64,000 nucleotides of DNA from Pseudomonadota bacterium (GTDB lineage: Bacteria; Myxococcota_A; Polyangia; Palsa-1104; JAEUJZ01). Position 1 is the stretch's first letter; each line of letters opens with the position of its first letter. A program made the position numbers and the translations under genes. The notes beneath the pieces are model-generated. The model saw only the letters and a program-made list of their open reading frames with translations, did no database searches and had not been told where the DNA came from. The stretch lies in NCBI GenBank assembly GCA_035340095.1, contig DAORGN010000002.1, positions 1,160 to 65,159 on the forward strand, given 5' to 3'. Of the stretch, positions 18,467 through 26,103 are shown piece by piece.

Positions 18467-20038
18467 TTAGTATCCCTTGGTATCTAAGGGAAAACTTGGT
18501 CCTTTGGGTGGGGCAGGTTTGGCTCGGTGGCGATGCCGGCGTGTCTTCGTTGCCTTGCTCGTTTCCTCAGTTCCCGTTTCGGGCTCGGCTGAGGGGGCTT
18601 TTTTCGCGACTGCGTCTGCTGGTTCCGCTGATGCGACGCTTGCGGTCACGGGCGCTGGTTCGCTGCCTGGTCGCGCTTCCGGTACAAACAGTACTTTTTG
18701 CGCGGCTTGTTCTCTTTGGGCGGTTTGTTGACTGGCGAAGCTTGGTGTGGGCGGCGGTCGCTTTCGGAGCCAGACGCCCCACAGCACGGTCAGAATCGCA
18801 ACCACAAGCGATGCCACAGCGAGCGTTCGCGCGCGGCGTGCCGCAGTCTGGTGTGCACCGTTGGTTAGCACCGCCGTTGCCATTCGCAAAGGCCGCGTCG
18901 CTCCTGAACTGCTGATGACCGTCGGAGGGGCTCCTGAATCGCCAGGCGCGAGCGTAGGCGGACCTGACCCAGTAGAAACCTCGCCGGGACTGGCTGCTGG
19001 CTGGGGCAAGGCGGGCCGAATGGTCTGACCACTTGTCGACGGAAGGAACTGGATCAGGATCTGGAGCGCTACCGCACAATCGACGGGCCGGTTTTCCAGG
19101 GACTGCGACAGAAACTGATCGAGCGCGGGCTGCAAGTCTGGTGGAAACGTAGTGCCTGGCAGAAGCTCGGTCAGACGCAGCGGCGGCGAAACCATGCGCG
19201 CCATCACCATCGACACTTCCGATCGACTCGTTTCCCCCCACGGCAGTTTTTTGGTCAGCATTTCCGTCAAGATGACCCCGACGGCAAACACATCTGATTG
19301 GGGGCTGGCTTCGTCGCCTTGCAGCGTTTCCGGCGCCATGTAGTGCGGCGTTCCGAGCGCTGTTTGCGTCGATGTCACCCGTGTCTTGCGACCGAGTACG
19401 CGCGCGATGCCGAAGTCGAGCACCTTGACGACCTCTTCCGCCCCAACCGAAAGCGGCTTGCGCGCGACGAAGATGTTGTCCGGTTTGACGTCGCGGTGGA
19501 TGATCTGCCGAGTGTGCGCCGCCGCGAGTGCACGCACCGCCGGGATGAGCAGCTCCAGCGCCCGCAGCAGCGGCATCGGGGCTTCCCGCTGAATCAGTCG
19601 GTCGAGCGTTTCCCCCCCGAGCAGCTCCATTGCGATGTAGCTTTGGCCGTCGCTGGTGTGGCCGCTGTCGAAGATGGTCACCGCGTTTGGGTGGTCCAGG
19701 CTGCTCGCAATTTGGGCTTCCCGCTCGAAACGTTTGCGCATTTCGGCGCTCTGTCGATGCTCGCTGCGGAGCAGTTTCAGGGCGACGCGACGACCGATGC
19801 CGGCTTGGGTGGCGACGTAGACCTCGCTCATGTGGCCGTAGCCAAGCGGCTCACCCAAGACGTACTTGCCGCCGAACACGCGCTGATCGCCAAGTAGTTG
19901 TGCGCCATCTTTGGCACAAAAATTGGCGTCCCCGTCGGGTGGTAGATAAACAGAGTGGCAACTCGGGCAGTATTTGCCCAGCACGGTGGGTGGCGGATCG
20001 AAGTTTTGCGCCACGTTGTGTGCTGCAGTTTCCGTCAT
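18467..20038 (-). CDS. Ser/Thr protein kinase with N-terminal zinc-ribbon and C-terminal TM/low-complexity tail
   Basis: Hanks motifs are HRDVKPDNIF, DFGIA and GTPHYMAPE. The N-terminus has CPSCH...C. One TM helix is followed by a Pro/Ala-rich tail. The stop lies 5 nt from the tRNA 3' end on the opposite strand. Confidence 0.85.
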   Translation of the reverse strand: MTETAAHNVAQNFDPPPTVLGKYCPSCHSVYLPPDGDANFCAKDGAQLLGDQRVFGGKYVLGEPLGYGHMSEVYVATQAGIGRRVALKLLRSEHRQSAEMRKRFEREAQIASSLDHPNAVTIFDSGHTSDGQSYIAMELLGGETLDRLIQREAPMPLLRALELLIPAVRALAAAHTRQIIHRDVKPDNIFVARKPLSVGAEEVVKVLDFGIARVLGRKTRVTSTQTALGTPHYMAPETLQGDEASPQSDVFAVGVILTEMLTKKLPWGETSRSEVSMVMARMVSPPLRLTELLPGTTFPPDLQPALDQFLSQSLENRPVDCAVALQILIQFLPSTSGQTIRPALPQPAASPGEVSTGSGPPTLAPGDSGAPPTVISSSGATRPLRMATAVLTNGAHQTAARRARTLAVASLVVAILTVLWGVWLRKRPPPTPSFASQQTAQREQAAQKVLFVPEARPGSEPAPVTASVASAEPADAVAKKAPSAEPETGTEETSKATKTRRHRHRAKPAPPKGPSFPLDTKGY

Positions 20039-20333
20039 GCGTCCGCTCAGCGAGGGCAGGGCTGCGCGCCGTCGGCAAGCCCCCTTTTTTCTACGATAGC
20101 AGGATCGACCGCCGGCTGTCTCGTCGCCCGAACGCGGCTGTCAGTTCCAGCAAGTTGGATGTTTGGGCCAGGCCGAACAGTGCGGATGCGCGCGGCTTTT
20201 TGTGTCACTGCGGACTTCGCCGATACAACGACCGTTTTTCTGCGCTCGCCAAGCGAAATTCCTGCGGCTCAAGCGACGGCAAATCGCGATAAACAATTGG
20301 TTGAGTTCGCATTTTTCGCTTGCCGCGAATCTA

Positions 20334-20352
20334 TTGAATGGAATACATTCAA
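20334..20352. promoter_or_regulatory. perfect 7-5-7 palindrome TTGAATG-gaata-CATTCAA, flanked by two CAATTG sites (20294-20299, 20358-20363)
   Basis: An AT-rich dyad lies 23 nt upstream of the MerR-like gene's ATG, within the 336-bp divergent intergenic region shared with the kinase gene. Confidence 0.35.
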
Positions 20353-20374
20353 GCTATCAATTGGGGCGGCACGG

Positions 20375-21100
20375 ATGGGCCAAAAACGCGACGAGAAGCT
20401 TTCGAAAGCGAGGAATGGCAGCCGTGAGACGACAACGAGGAACGAAGCTGTGTTGAGCGAAGAACTTCTGACACCAAGCGCGCGAACGCCATCCCGACTG
20501 GGGATGAGCCGTCGTCCGCTGCGTGGTCGGCCAGTTCCCAGTCGCTCACGCAGTCATTTGCTCGAGGCCGAGATGGTCGAAATCGAGCAGCAGCACCCAG
20601 ACGGGATGACGCTTACGCAGGTGCTTTCAGCGTTCGGTGATCGCGGGATTCATCTGTCGGAAGCGACGTTTCGCAAATACGTGCAGCTTGGTCTGCTGGG
20701 CCGGAGCCGGCGCGTGGGACGCAAAGGCAAGCACCAGGGTTCGCTCGGGATGTATCCGGCGACGACGGTGCGGCGGCTTAACACGATTCGGCAGATGCTC
20801 GGGGCCCACTACACCATCGAAGACATCCAGCGCTCGTTTTTGCGCTTTGCCGACGAGATCGACAGCTTGCAGCGGGGACTTGCGGGGCTGCTCGATGGTC
20901 TTTCGCGGGAGCTCGATGGGGGCCAGTTTGCAGCCGATCGGAAGCGCGCGATGACGAAAGAGCTGCTGGCGATTCGCAAGCTCGGCAGTGATGTGGTGCA
21001 GCGCATTGAGGCGCTCGAGCGAGAGCTGGTGTCACCGCTCGAACGTGCGGCACGACAGCGAACCTTTGGCACAAGCAGCGGCAGCGACGAACTTTTGTAG
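20375..21100 (+). CDS. MerR-family-like HTH transcriptional regulator with Arg/Ser-rich N-tail and coiled-coil C-terminus
   Basis: MTLTQVLSAFGDRGIHLSEATFRKYVQLGLL followed by RVGRKGKHQGSLGMYPATTVRRLNTIRQM fits the MerR HTH and wing pattern (TL..Y...GLL...R...GYR.Y......RL..I). The ORF-track start at 19955 would overlap the kinase, so the ATG at 20375 is used. An alternative ATG lies at 20573. Confidence 0.55.
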   Translation: MGQKRDEKLSKARNGSRETTTRNEAVLSEELLTPSARTPSRLGMSRRPLRGRPVPSRSRSHLLEAEMVEIEQQHPDGMTLTQVLSAFGDRGIHLSEATFRKYVQLGLLGRSRRVGRKGKHQGSLGMYPATTVRRLNTIRQMLGAHYTIEDIQRSFLRFADEIDSLQRGLAGLLDGLSRELDGGQFAADRKRAMTKELLAIRKLGSDVVQRIEALERELVSPLERAARQRTFGTSSGSDELL

Positions 21101-21143
21101 ATGAGGTGGTTTTTCCACCGGGCGGAATGCAGGGAGACGCAGT

Positions 21144-21647
21144 ATGCAAGACATTACCCAACCACCGGACGCGACTCCGTCGGAGTGCAATGAAACAGAC
21201 GGCAACACGACCCCCGAGGTCAGCCGCAAGGTTCGCAAGCATCACAAGCGATCGCGCAGCAAGACGATAGCGCCGCGGCGGCTCACCAAAGAGGAGCTTC
21301 GCGAGGCTGCACTTCTCCCGGTGATCGACGATTCAGAACGTCCGCAGACGCGGGCCGACTGCGCGGGTGGGGCGCGTCCGTGCCCGTGGGTGTCTTGCAA
21401 GCATCACCTGTTTTTGGATGTGAATCCGGAAACCGGCAGCATCAAGCTCAACTTTCCGGACAAAGAGCTGACCGAGATGCGAGAGACATGCGCGCTTGAC
21501 GTTGCCGATCGCGGTGGAATTACGCTCGAAGAAGTGGGCGCGATTTTGAATCTCACCCGCGAGCGCATCCGCCAAGTCGAAGTCCGTGGTCTGCTCAAGC
21601 TGCGCGCCGTGAGCCCCGATGGTGACGTCGGGCGTGACATGCCCTAG
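21144..21647 (+). CDS. sigma-70 region-4-like HTH protein (region 4 only) with Cys/His-rich segment
   Basis: [29 protein letters not shown] is a sigma-70 region-4 HTH signature. [11 protein letters not shown] cluster lies upstream. A GGAG ribosome-binding site sits 8 nt before the ATG. Confidence 0.5.
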   Translation: MQDITQPPDATPSECNETDGNTTPEVSRKVRKHHKRSRSKTIAPRRLTKEELREAALLPVIDDSERPQTRADCAGGARPCPWVSCKHHLFLDVNPETGSIKLNFPDKELTEMRETCALDVADRGGITLEEVGAILNLTRERIRQVEVRGLLKLRAVSPDGDVGRDMP

Positions 21648-21853
21648 CCGTCCCCCTGCCATCCCCGACCTTTTTTCACTCTGCGGTCCGCTCGGGCCGT
21701 GACGACTTCCACCCCAACATGAATCGCGCTGCGCCGCTTTGCTGCTGCGGCCTGCTTTTTTCGCATGCGAAAGCGACGCGCTCTCTCGATGAGAGCGGGC
21801 GTAGGTTGTGCGGCTTTGGGAGCGAGAGCGCTGCGCGGAGGGAGGCGGGGAGG

Positions 21854-23548
21854 TTAGTACTGGTAGCCGATCTGAACGACGCCGCCGAAGTAGGTGTCGC
21901 TGGCGCCGGCAGCGAGGTGGCGGGCATCGCGGCCCGTCGCTACGTCACCCGGCGTCTGATCCACGAGCGTCTTGCCCAGGTCGAACGTGTAGTTGAATAG
22001 CTCGTAGTAGCCGCTCAGCCGGATCGTCAGACCCTTCCACACCATCGCTTCGAGGAGAGTCAGGCTGGCGCGCAGACCGTAGCCGCTCGCCGGGCCAAAG
22101 CCACCGTTGCCGTACAAATCGGCAACCGGGCCCGATGCGGTGTCGGTGTTGGCGGTGCCAAAGCGCTGGCCAATTTCACCGTAGCTTATCGGAATGTGGA
22201 CGTTCACGTCGACGACACCGGCGAAGTAGACCTTGTCGTTCACAAAATACGGGAAGCGGCCACCAAGACCGAGGGTGAAGTACTGATACAGGATGTCGGG
22301 CAGACCGTGATCGTTTACACCGTCGGCGGTCTTGTCGATGAAGTTTTCATCCTGGTACGGGTACTGCTTCTGCTCTTTCGCCACTGCAAAGAAGTGCGCG
22401 CCGTACTGGGCATTGAACAGAATCGACGGCATGTTCCGCTTGTTGAGCAGGTTGATGTGATAGCGGAGACCGCCTTCCACCTTCCACTCGCGGGTCGCCA
22501 AAAGAACCTGGCTTGTGCCCGAGCCGTACTTCGAATCCGGCCAGAAGAAGTAGTCGAACGTGGCACCAATGCCGAGACCTTTGATGGCGCCAATCCGCAT
22601 CATCGCCAGCGGGTAGGCCGTCAGATCGACGCGCACGCCGGTTGCAATCGACGTCGCAAAGCCAGGGCACGCCGCGGTGGTGCCGCGCTTATACGGCAGA
22701 TAGTGCGAAACGTAGCCGCGACCGAGCGGCATCTTGGGATCGGGAACGCGCTTTTCCAGGTCGTAGCACTTGAGCGGCGAGTCTGGACTTGAGTCTTCCG
22801 TATAGCTGAAGCTACGGCCACCGACGATCACGCCCGCGCCCGCATCAATGAACGGATAGTAAATCGGGCGAAGCAGCTCGCGCTCTTTGCGGCGTTTTTC
22901 GGCCTCGTCGCGAGCGAGCTTGGCAATCGGGTCTTCTTCCTTGCCGAGCTTGGACGTTGGGTCCGATGGCGGAGGTTCTGCCTGGGCAACCGGTGCTGGC
23001 CTGTCTTCCGGTGGGCCGGCAATTGCCGCGACTACGGCGGGACCAATCTCGCTTTCGACCGTGGTGATGGTGGCCGGCTCAACCTTGTCGTTTTTCAGAT
23101 CGTAAGTGAGCTTGCCGACCGGCTTGCCGCTCGCGCCATGGCGGGCCGCGATGTTGAGCTTGTATTGACCGGAGTCTTTGTCGGTCTTGAGCTTGCCGGT
23201 GATGACGACGTCGATCTTCTGGTCATTGGCGATGAGCGCGACGTCTTCGGTACCGTGGCCGGTGACGTTGAGCTTCTTGGCCGCCGCGTTCCACTTGGCT
23301 TCCGGAACGACGGTGTAGTCCTTCTTGAGCGCGTTTTCGATCGCCTTTTGCAGCTTCGGCGGCGCTCCCTCAATCGGGAGTACGACGACGCTCTTTTTTT
23401 CCTGTGCGGCGACGACGCTGGGATGAAGTGACAGCGCCCCAAATCCTGTCAGACCGACCAGCAGGGCGCGGCCCACTGTCCGAGCTGTGAGGAAGGACGC
23501 GAGACCGAATTCGATTCGATTGGGACTTCTGCGCAGCAAGCTCACCAT
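21854..23548 (-). CDS. outer-membrane beta-barrel protein (putative) with Lys-rich periplasmic N-domain
   Basis: N-terminal signal peptide. The C-terminal ~300 aa show alternating aromatic/hydrophobic beta-strand patterning, many G/Y/F residues and a terminal ...GYQY. Confidence 0.5.
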   Translation of the reverse strand: MVSLLRRSPNRIEFGLASFLTARTVGRALLVGLTGFGALSLHPSVVAAQEKKSVVVLPIEGAPPKLQKAIENALKKDYTVVPEAKWNAAAKKLNVTGHGTEDVALIANDQKIDVVITGKLKTDKDSGQYKLNIAARHGASGKPVGKLTYDLKNDKVEPATITTVESEIGPAVVAAIAGPPEDRPAPVAQAEPPPSDPTSKLGKEEDPIAKLARDEAEKRRKERELLRPIYYPFIDAGAGVIVGGRSFSYTEDSSPDSPLKCYDLEKRVPDPKMPLGRGYVSHYLPYKRGTTAACPGFATSIATGVRVDLTAYPLAMMRIGAIKGLGIGATFDYFFWPDSKYGSGTSQVLLATREWKVEGGLRYHINLLNKRNMPSILFNAQYGAHFFAVAKEQKQYPYQDENFIDKTADGVNDHGLPDILYQYFTLGLGGRFPYFVNDKVYFAGVVDVNVHIPISYGEIGQRFGTANTDTASGPVADLYGNGGFGPASGYGLRASLTLLEAMVWKGLTIRLSGYYELFNYTFDLGKTLVDQTPGDVATGRDARHLAAGASDTYFGGVVQIGYQY

Positions 23549-23677
23549 GGGGTCTCCACGAAAGACAGAGGGCAGCTCATCCGGAACAAGCGGTTTCTGC
23601 CACAGGCCAATACCAAACGTGGAAGCATAGTATCACAGGAATCACCTGCTACTTCGGGGAATCTCTGCACATCCCTT

Positions 23678-24784
23678 GTGATAGATTTTCCCGACATGGT
23701 GCCGTTGGTGTGTCCCACCTGCCATACGGAGTCTCCGGAAGGGAGCCGCTTTTGCAGCATGTGCGGGCAGCCGCTTTCGGGTTCGAGCCTTGTGCGGGCT
23801 TCATCCCCTGATAGACGGGTGCAGACGTCTCCTGTGGGAACGGTGCTACCGAGCGCGGTGCTTTCGGCGTTGTCGGCGGCATCATCGGATGGCCAGCGGA
23901 CGGTGTCAGCCCGCGCAGCAAGTGGGTCCAGCGGGGCGATCGGGGATCTTGCGCAATCGGGGGAAACGGTCAAAACGATCCGCGACAGCAGCGATTCGGG
24001 GGCGCTGGGTCGCTCGGTCCCGCGTGTCGTGGCCGATGAGCCAACGCTGCCGGTGCGCTATCGTCCGACACGCAAGCGCAGTGCGGCACGGGCCCTGCGA
24101 TCGGTTTTGTTTGGTCTTTTGTGGCTGCTCTTGGCGGGGCTTGTCGCGATGTCTGTGGTGTGGCTTTTGCCCGAACGCCAGGCGGGGCCAGCGAAAGAGA
24201 CGCCGGCGACGGTGATTGCGTCTGTGAAAGAACCGAGCAAGCCACCGCGAATGACTGCCCGACCGGCGGTGCCGGCTGTACCGAAAGCAGCGACTCCAAG
24301 TCCGGTTGCCGCTCCTGGCTCCGAATCGCCGCGAGTAATCCCGGCTCCCGATTCCGTCCCTAAAGCCCCTGCGGTGCCATCGCCTGTACCAGCGGAAGCG
24401 GTCGAAACCGTCCATTCCCCATCGACTACGCCAACGTCGACCGACTTTTCTGCCGTACTCAGCGGCGCGGCGCGGGCGGCGTGGCAGCAGGATCTGGCCA
24501 ACATTGAGTTTGTGGCAACCACCTATGCCGCACAGGTCCGCGCTTGCTACGAGCGGTCGATCCGCGGCCTTGGTGGAGAGGCTCCCAGCGGGCGCGTTGT
24601 TGTGCTGTTTTCGCTGACCGATGACGGAAAAGCGCAACAGCCTGTGATCAGCGAAGACTCGCTCGGTTTGCCGGTGCTGGGACCGTGTCTGACCCAGCGA
24701 CTTTCAGAATGGCGCTTTCCTCGCCCCGTAGGTCCCATTCGCACCTTCCGGTTTCCGTTTGTGTTCGCGGGCAGTCGTCCCTAA
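23678..24784 (+). CDS. zinc-ribbon/TM protein with C-terminal TonB-C-like (AgmX/PglI-type) domain
   Basis: The N-terminal double zinc ribbon is CPTCH...CSMCG. One TM helix is followed by a Pro/Ala-rich periplasmic linker. The C-terminal ~90 aa (GRVVVLFSLTDDGK...LSEWRFPRP...FRFPFVF) follow the TonB_C pattern. This is the architecture of the Myxococcus AgmX/PglI C-terminal domain family. An alternative start ATG lies at 23696. Confidence 0.55.
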   Translation: MIDFPDMVPLVCPTCHTESPEGSRFCSMCGQPLSGSSLVRASSPDRRVQTSPVGTVLPSAVLSALSAASSDGQRTVSARAASGSSGAIGDLAQSGETVKTIRDSSDSGALGRSVPRVVADEPTLPVRYRPTRKRSAARALRSVLFGLLWLLLAGLVAMSVVWLLPERQAGPAKETPATVIASVKEPSKPPRMTARPAVPAVPKAATPSPVAAPGSESPRVIPAPDSVPKAPAVPSPVPAEAVETVHSPSTTPTSTDFSAVLSGAARAAWQQDLANIEFVATTYAAQVRACYERSIRGLGGEAPSGRVVVLFSLTDDGKAQQPVISEDSLGLPVLGPCLTQRLSEWRFPRPVGPIRTFRFPFVFAGSRP

Positions 24785-24849
24785 ATCCGCTACTTTCCGC
24801 TTTCGGTTCCTGATTTTGCGATTCCAAGCCGCCCAAAATTGGGCTGATA

Positions 24850-25968
24850 ATGGAGCAACACAGCGCTGAAAGCGGTCGCTGTGCTTGGGGGTCTTTGACC
24901 ATGAGCGGCAAGACGGGGGACGAAAAGCAGTCTTCGACACTGGTCGCGTCGGCGCTGGTGATCTCGCAGCGAGAGCAGGTGCAGGCCGAGCTACAGCGGC
25001 TGCTTGCGGAAGCTGACGTAAACGCCGTCTTGGTCAGCGACTCGGATTCCGCTCGGGCACAGGTGGCCAAGACGCAGTATCCGGTTGTGCTGATTGATGT
25101 GGACTCGATTTCTTTGTCGCAAGCCGTGGTGCTGCTTGGCGACGTGCGACGTTTGGCGCCGCGGGCGGAGCTGATTGTGCTGCTCGATGAGCCGAACTTC
25201 GACGCAGCGGTACAACTGGTGCGGCGCGGTGCTGTCGACGTAGTCTGTCGTTCATCGGACGATTTGCGGCTGCTGGGGCCGCGGGTGGCGTCGGCCATGC
25301 GCGATGCCAAACAGCGAGCGGATCGCAGTCAGATGCTGCGTGACTACAGCATCTTGACCGAAGACCTCCTGTATCGGCTGACCGATACTGCGCGACGGAT
25401 TGGCGAGCTCAAAGCACAGATCCATAGCAGTGCCAAAGGATCGGGTTCGCCCGCGTCGCCGATTGACGATTATGTCAGCGTTCTGATCGTGGAAGAAGAC
25501 GGCTGGCTGTCGCAGTCGCTTTCGCCGCTTGTGTCGAGCTCGTTTTCGCTGACGACGGTGGTAAGCGGTGGTGCGGCGCTCGATCGAGTGTCAGAACGGC
25601 CTTTCGACTTGGCACTTATCAAGGAAACGCTGCCGGATTTGCCGAGTCGGACGGTGATTCGTTCGCTGCAAGCGCAGTCGCCCGAAACGCTGGTGATGCT
25701 GTATCTGCCTCCGACGCGCGGCAAGCCAGGACGGATCGATCGGCTGGAAGCCGGTGGCGGCAAAGTGACGACGCTGGTGAGCGCGTTTACATCGCCCAAA
25801 CAGCTGGCCGAACGGCTCTCCGAGCTTCAGCAAGCGCAGGCGGCACGCCGACGCGAGCGCCGTTATTTGGCCGAGTTCCGCCAAGAAAACTACGAGCTTT
25901 TGCGGCGCTTGTCCGAGCTGCGCAAACGCTACCGCGAGGTCGACAGCACACAGGGACGAGGCAAGTAG
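24850..25968 (+). CDS. tandem pseudo-receiver (REC-like) domain protein with C-terminal coiled coil (FrzS-like architecture)
   Basis: There are two REC-fold segments (VVLIDVD..., VLIVEEDG...FDLALIK). The second has Lys where the phospho-accepting Asp is expected. The tail LSELQQAQAARRRERRYLAEFRQENYELLRRLSELRKRY is a coiled coil. Confidence 0.55.
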   Translation: MEQHSAESGRCAWGSLTMSGKTGDEKQSSTLVASALVISQREQVQAELQRLLAEADVNAVLVSDSDSARAQVAKTQYPVVLIDVDSISLSQAVVLLGDVRRLAPRAELIVLLDEPNFDAAVQLVRRGAVDVVCRSSDDLRLLGPRVASAMRDAKQRADRSQMLRDYSILTEDLLYRLTDTARRIGELKAQIHSSAKGSGSPASPIDDYVSVLIVEEDGWLSQSLSPLVSSSFSLTTVVSGGAALDRVSERPFDLALIKETLPDLPSRTVIRSLQAQSPETLVMLYLPPTRGKPGRIDRLEAGGGKVTTLVSAFTSPKQLAERLSELQQAQAARRRERRYLAEFRQENYELLRRLSELRKRYREVDSTQGRGK

Positions 25969-25977
25969 GCCCGCATC

Positions 25978-26009
25978 TTGACTGACCTAGGAAAATAGCG
26001 TGTCATAAT
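25978..26009 (+). promoter_or_regulatory. candidate promoter: TTGACT ... extended -10 TGtCATAAT
   Basis: An AT-rich island lies about 95 nt upstream of the kinase ATG at 26104. A TGn-extended -10 is present. The spacing to the -35 hexamer is long at 20 nt. Confidence 0.35.
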
Positions 26010-26103
26010 ACTGGGTTTTTCTATCGCTAATGCGCTCTGACCTCTCTTTGAAATCAGGGTCCAAAGGACGGTCGGCTTGGTCCCAAGCCGCGCGACGTGC
26101 CGT

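Noticed and set aside
19298-20292. Plus-strand ORFs 19298-19897 and 19630-20292 and the 5' part of ORF 19955-21100
   Set aside because: They are antisense to the Ser/Thr kinase, which has unambiguous Hanks motifs. The MerR-like gene is started at the ATG at 20375 to avoid an 84-nt overlap with the kinase.
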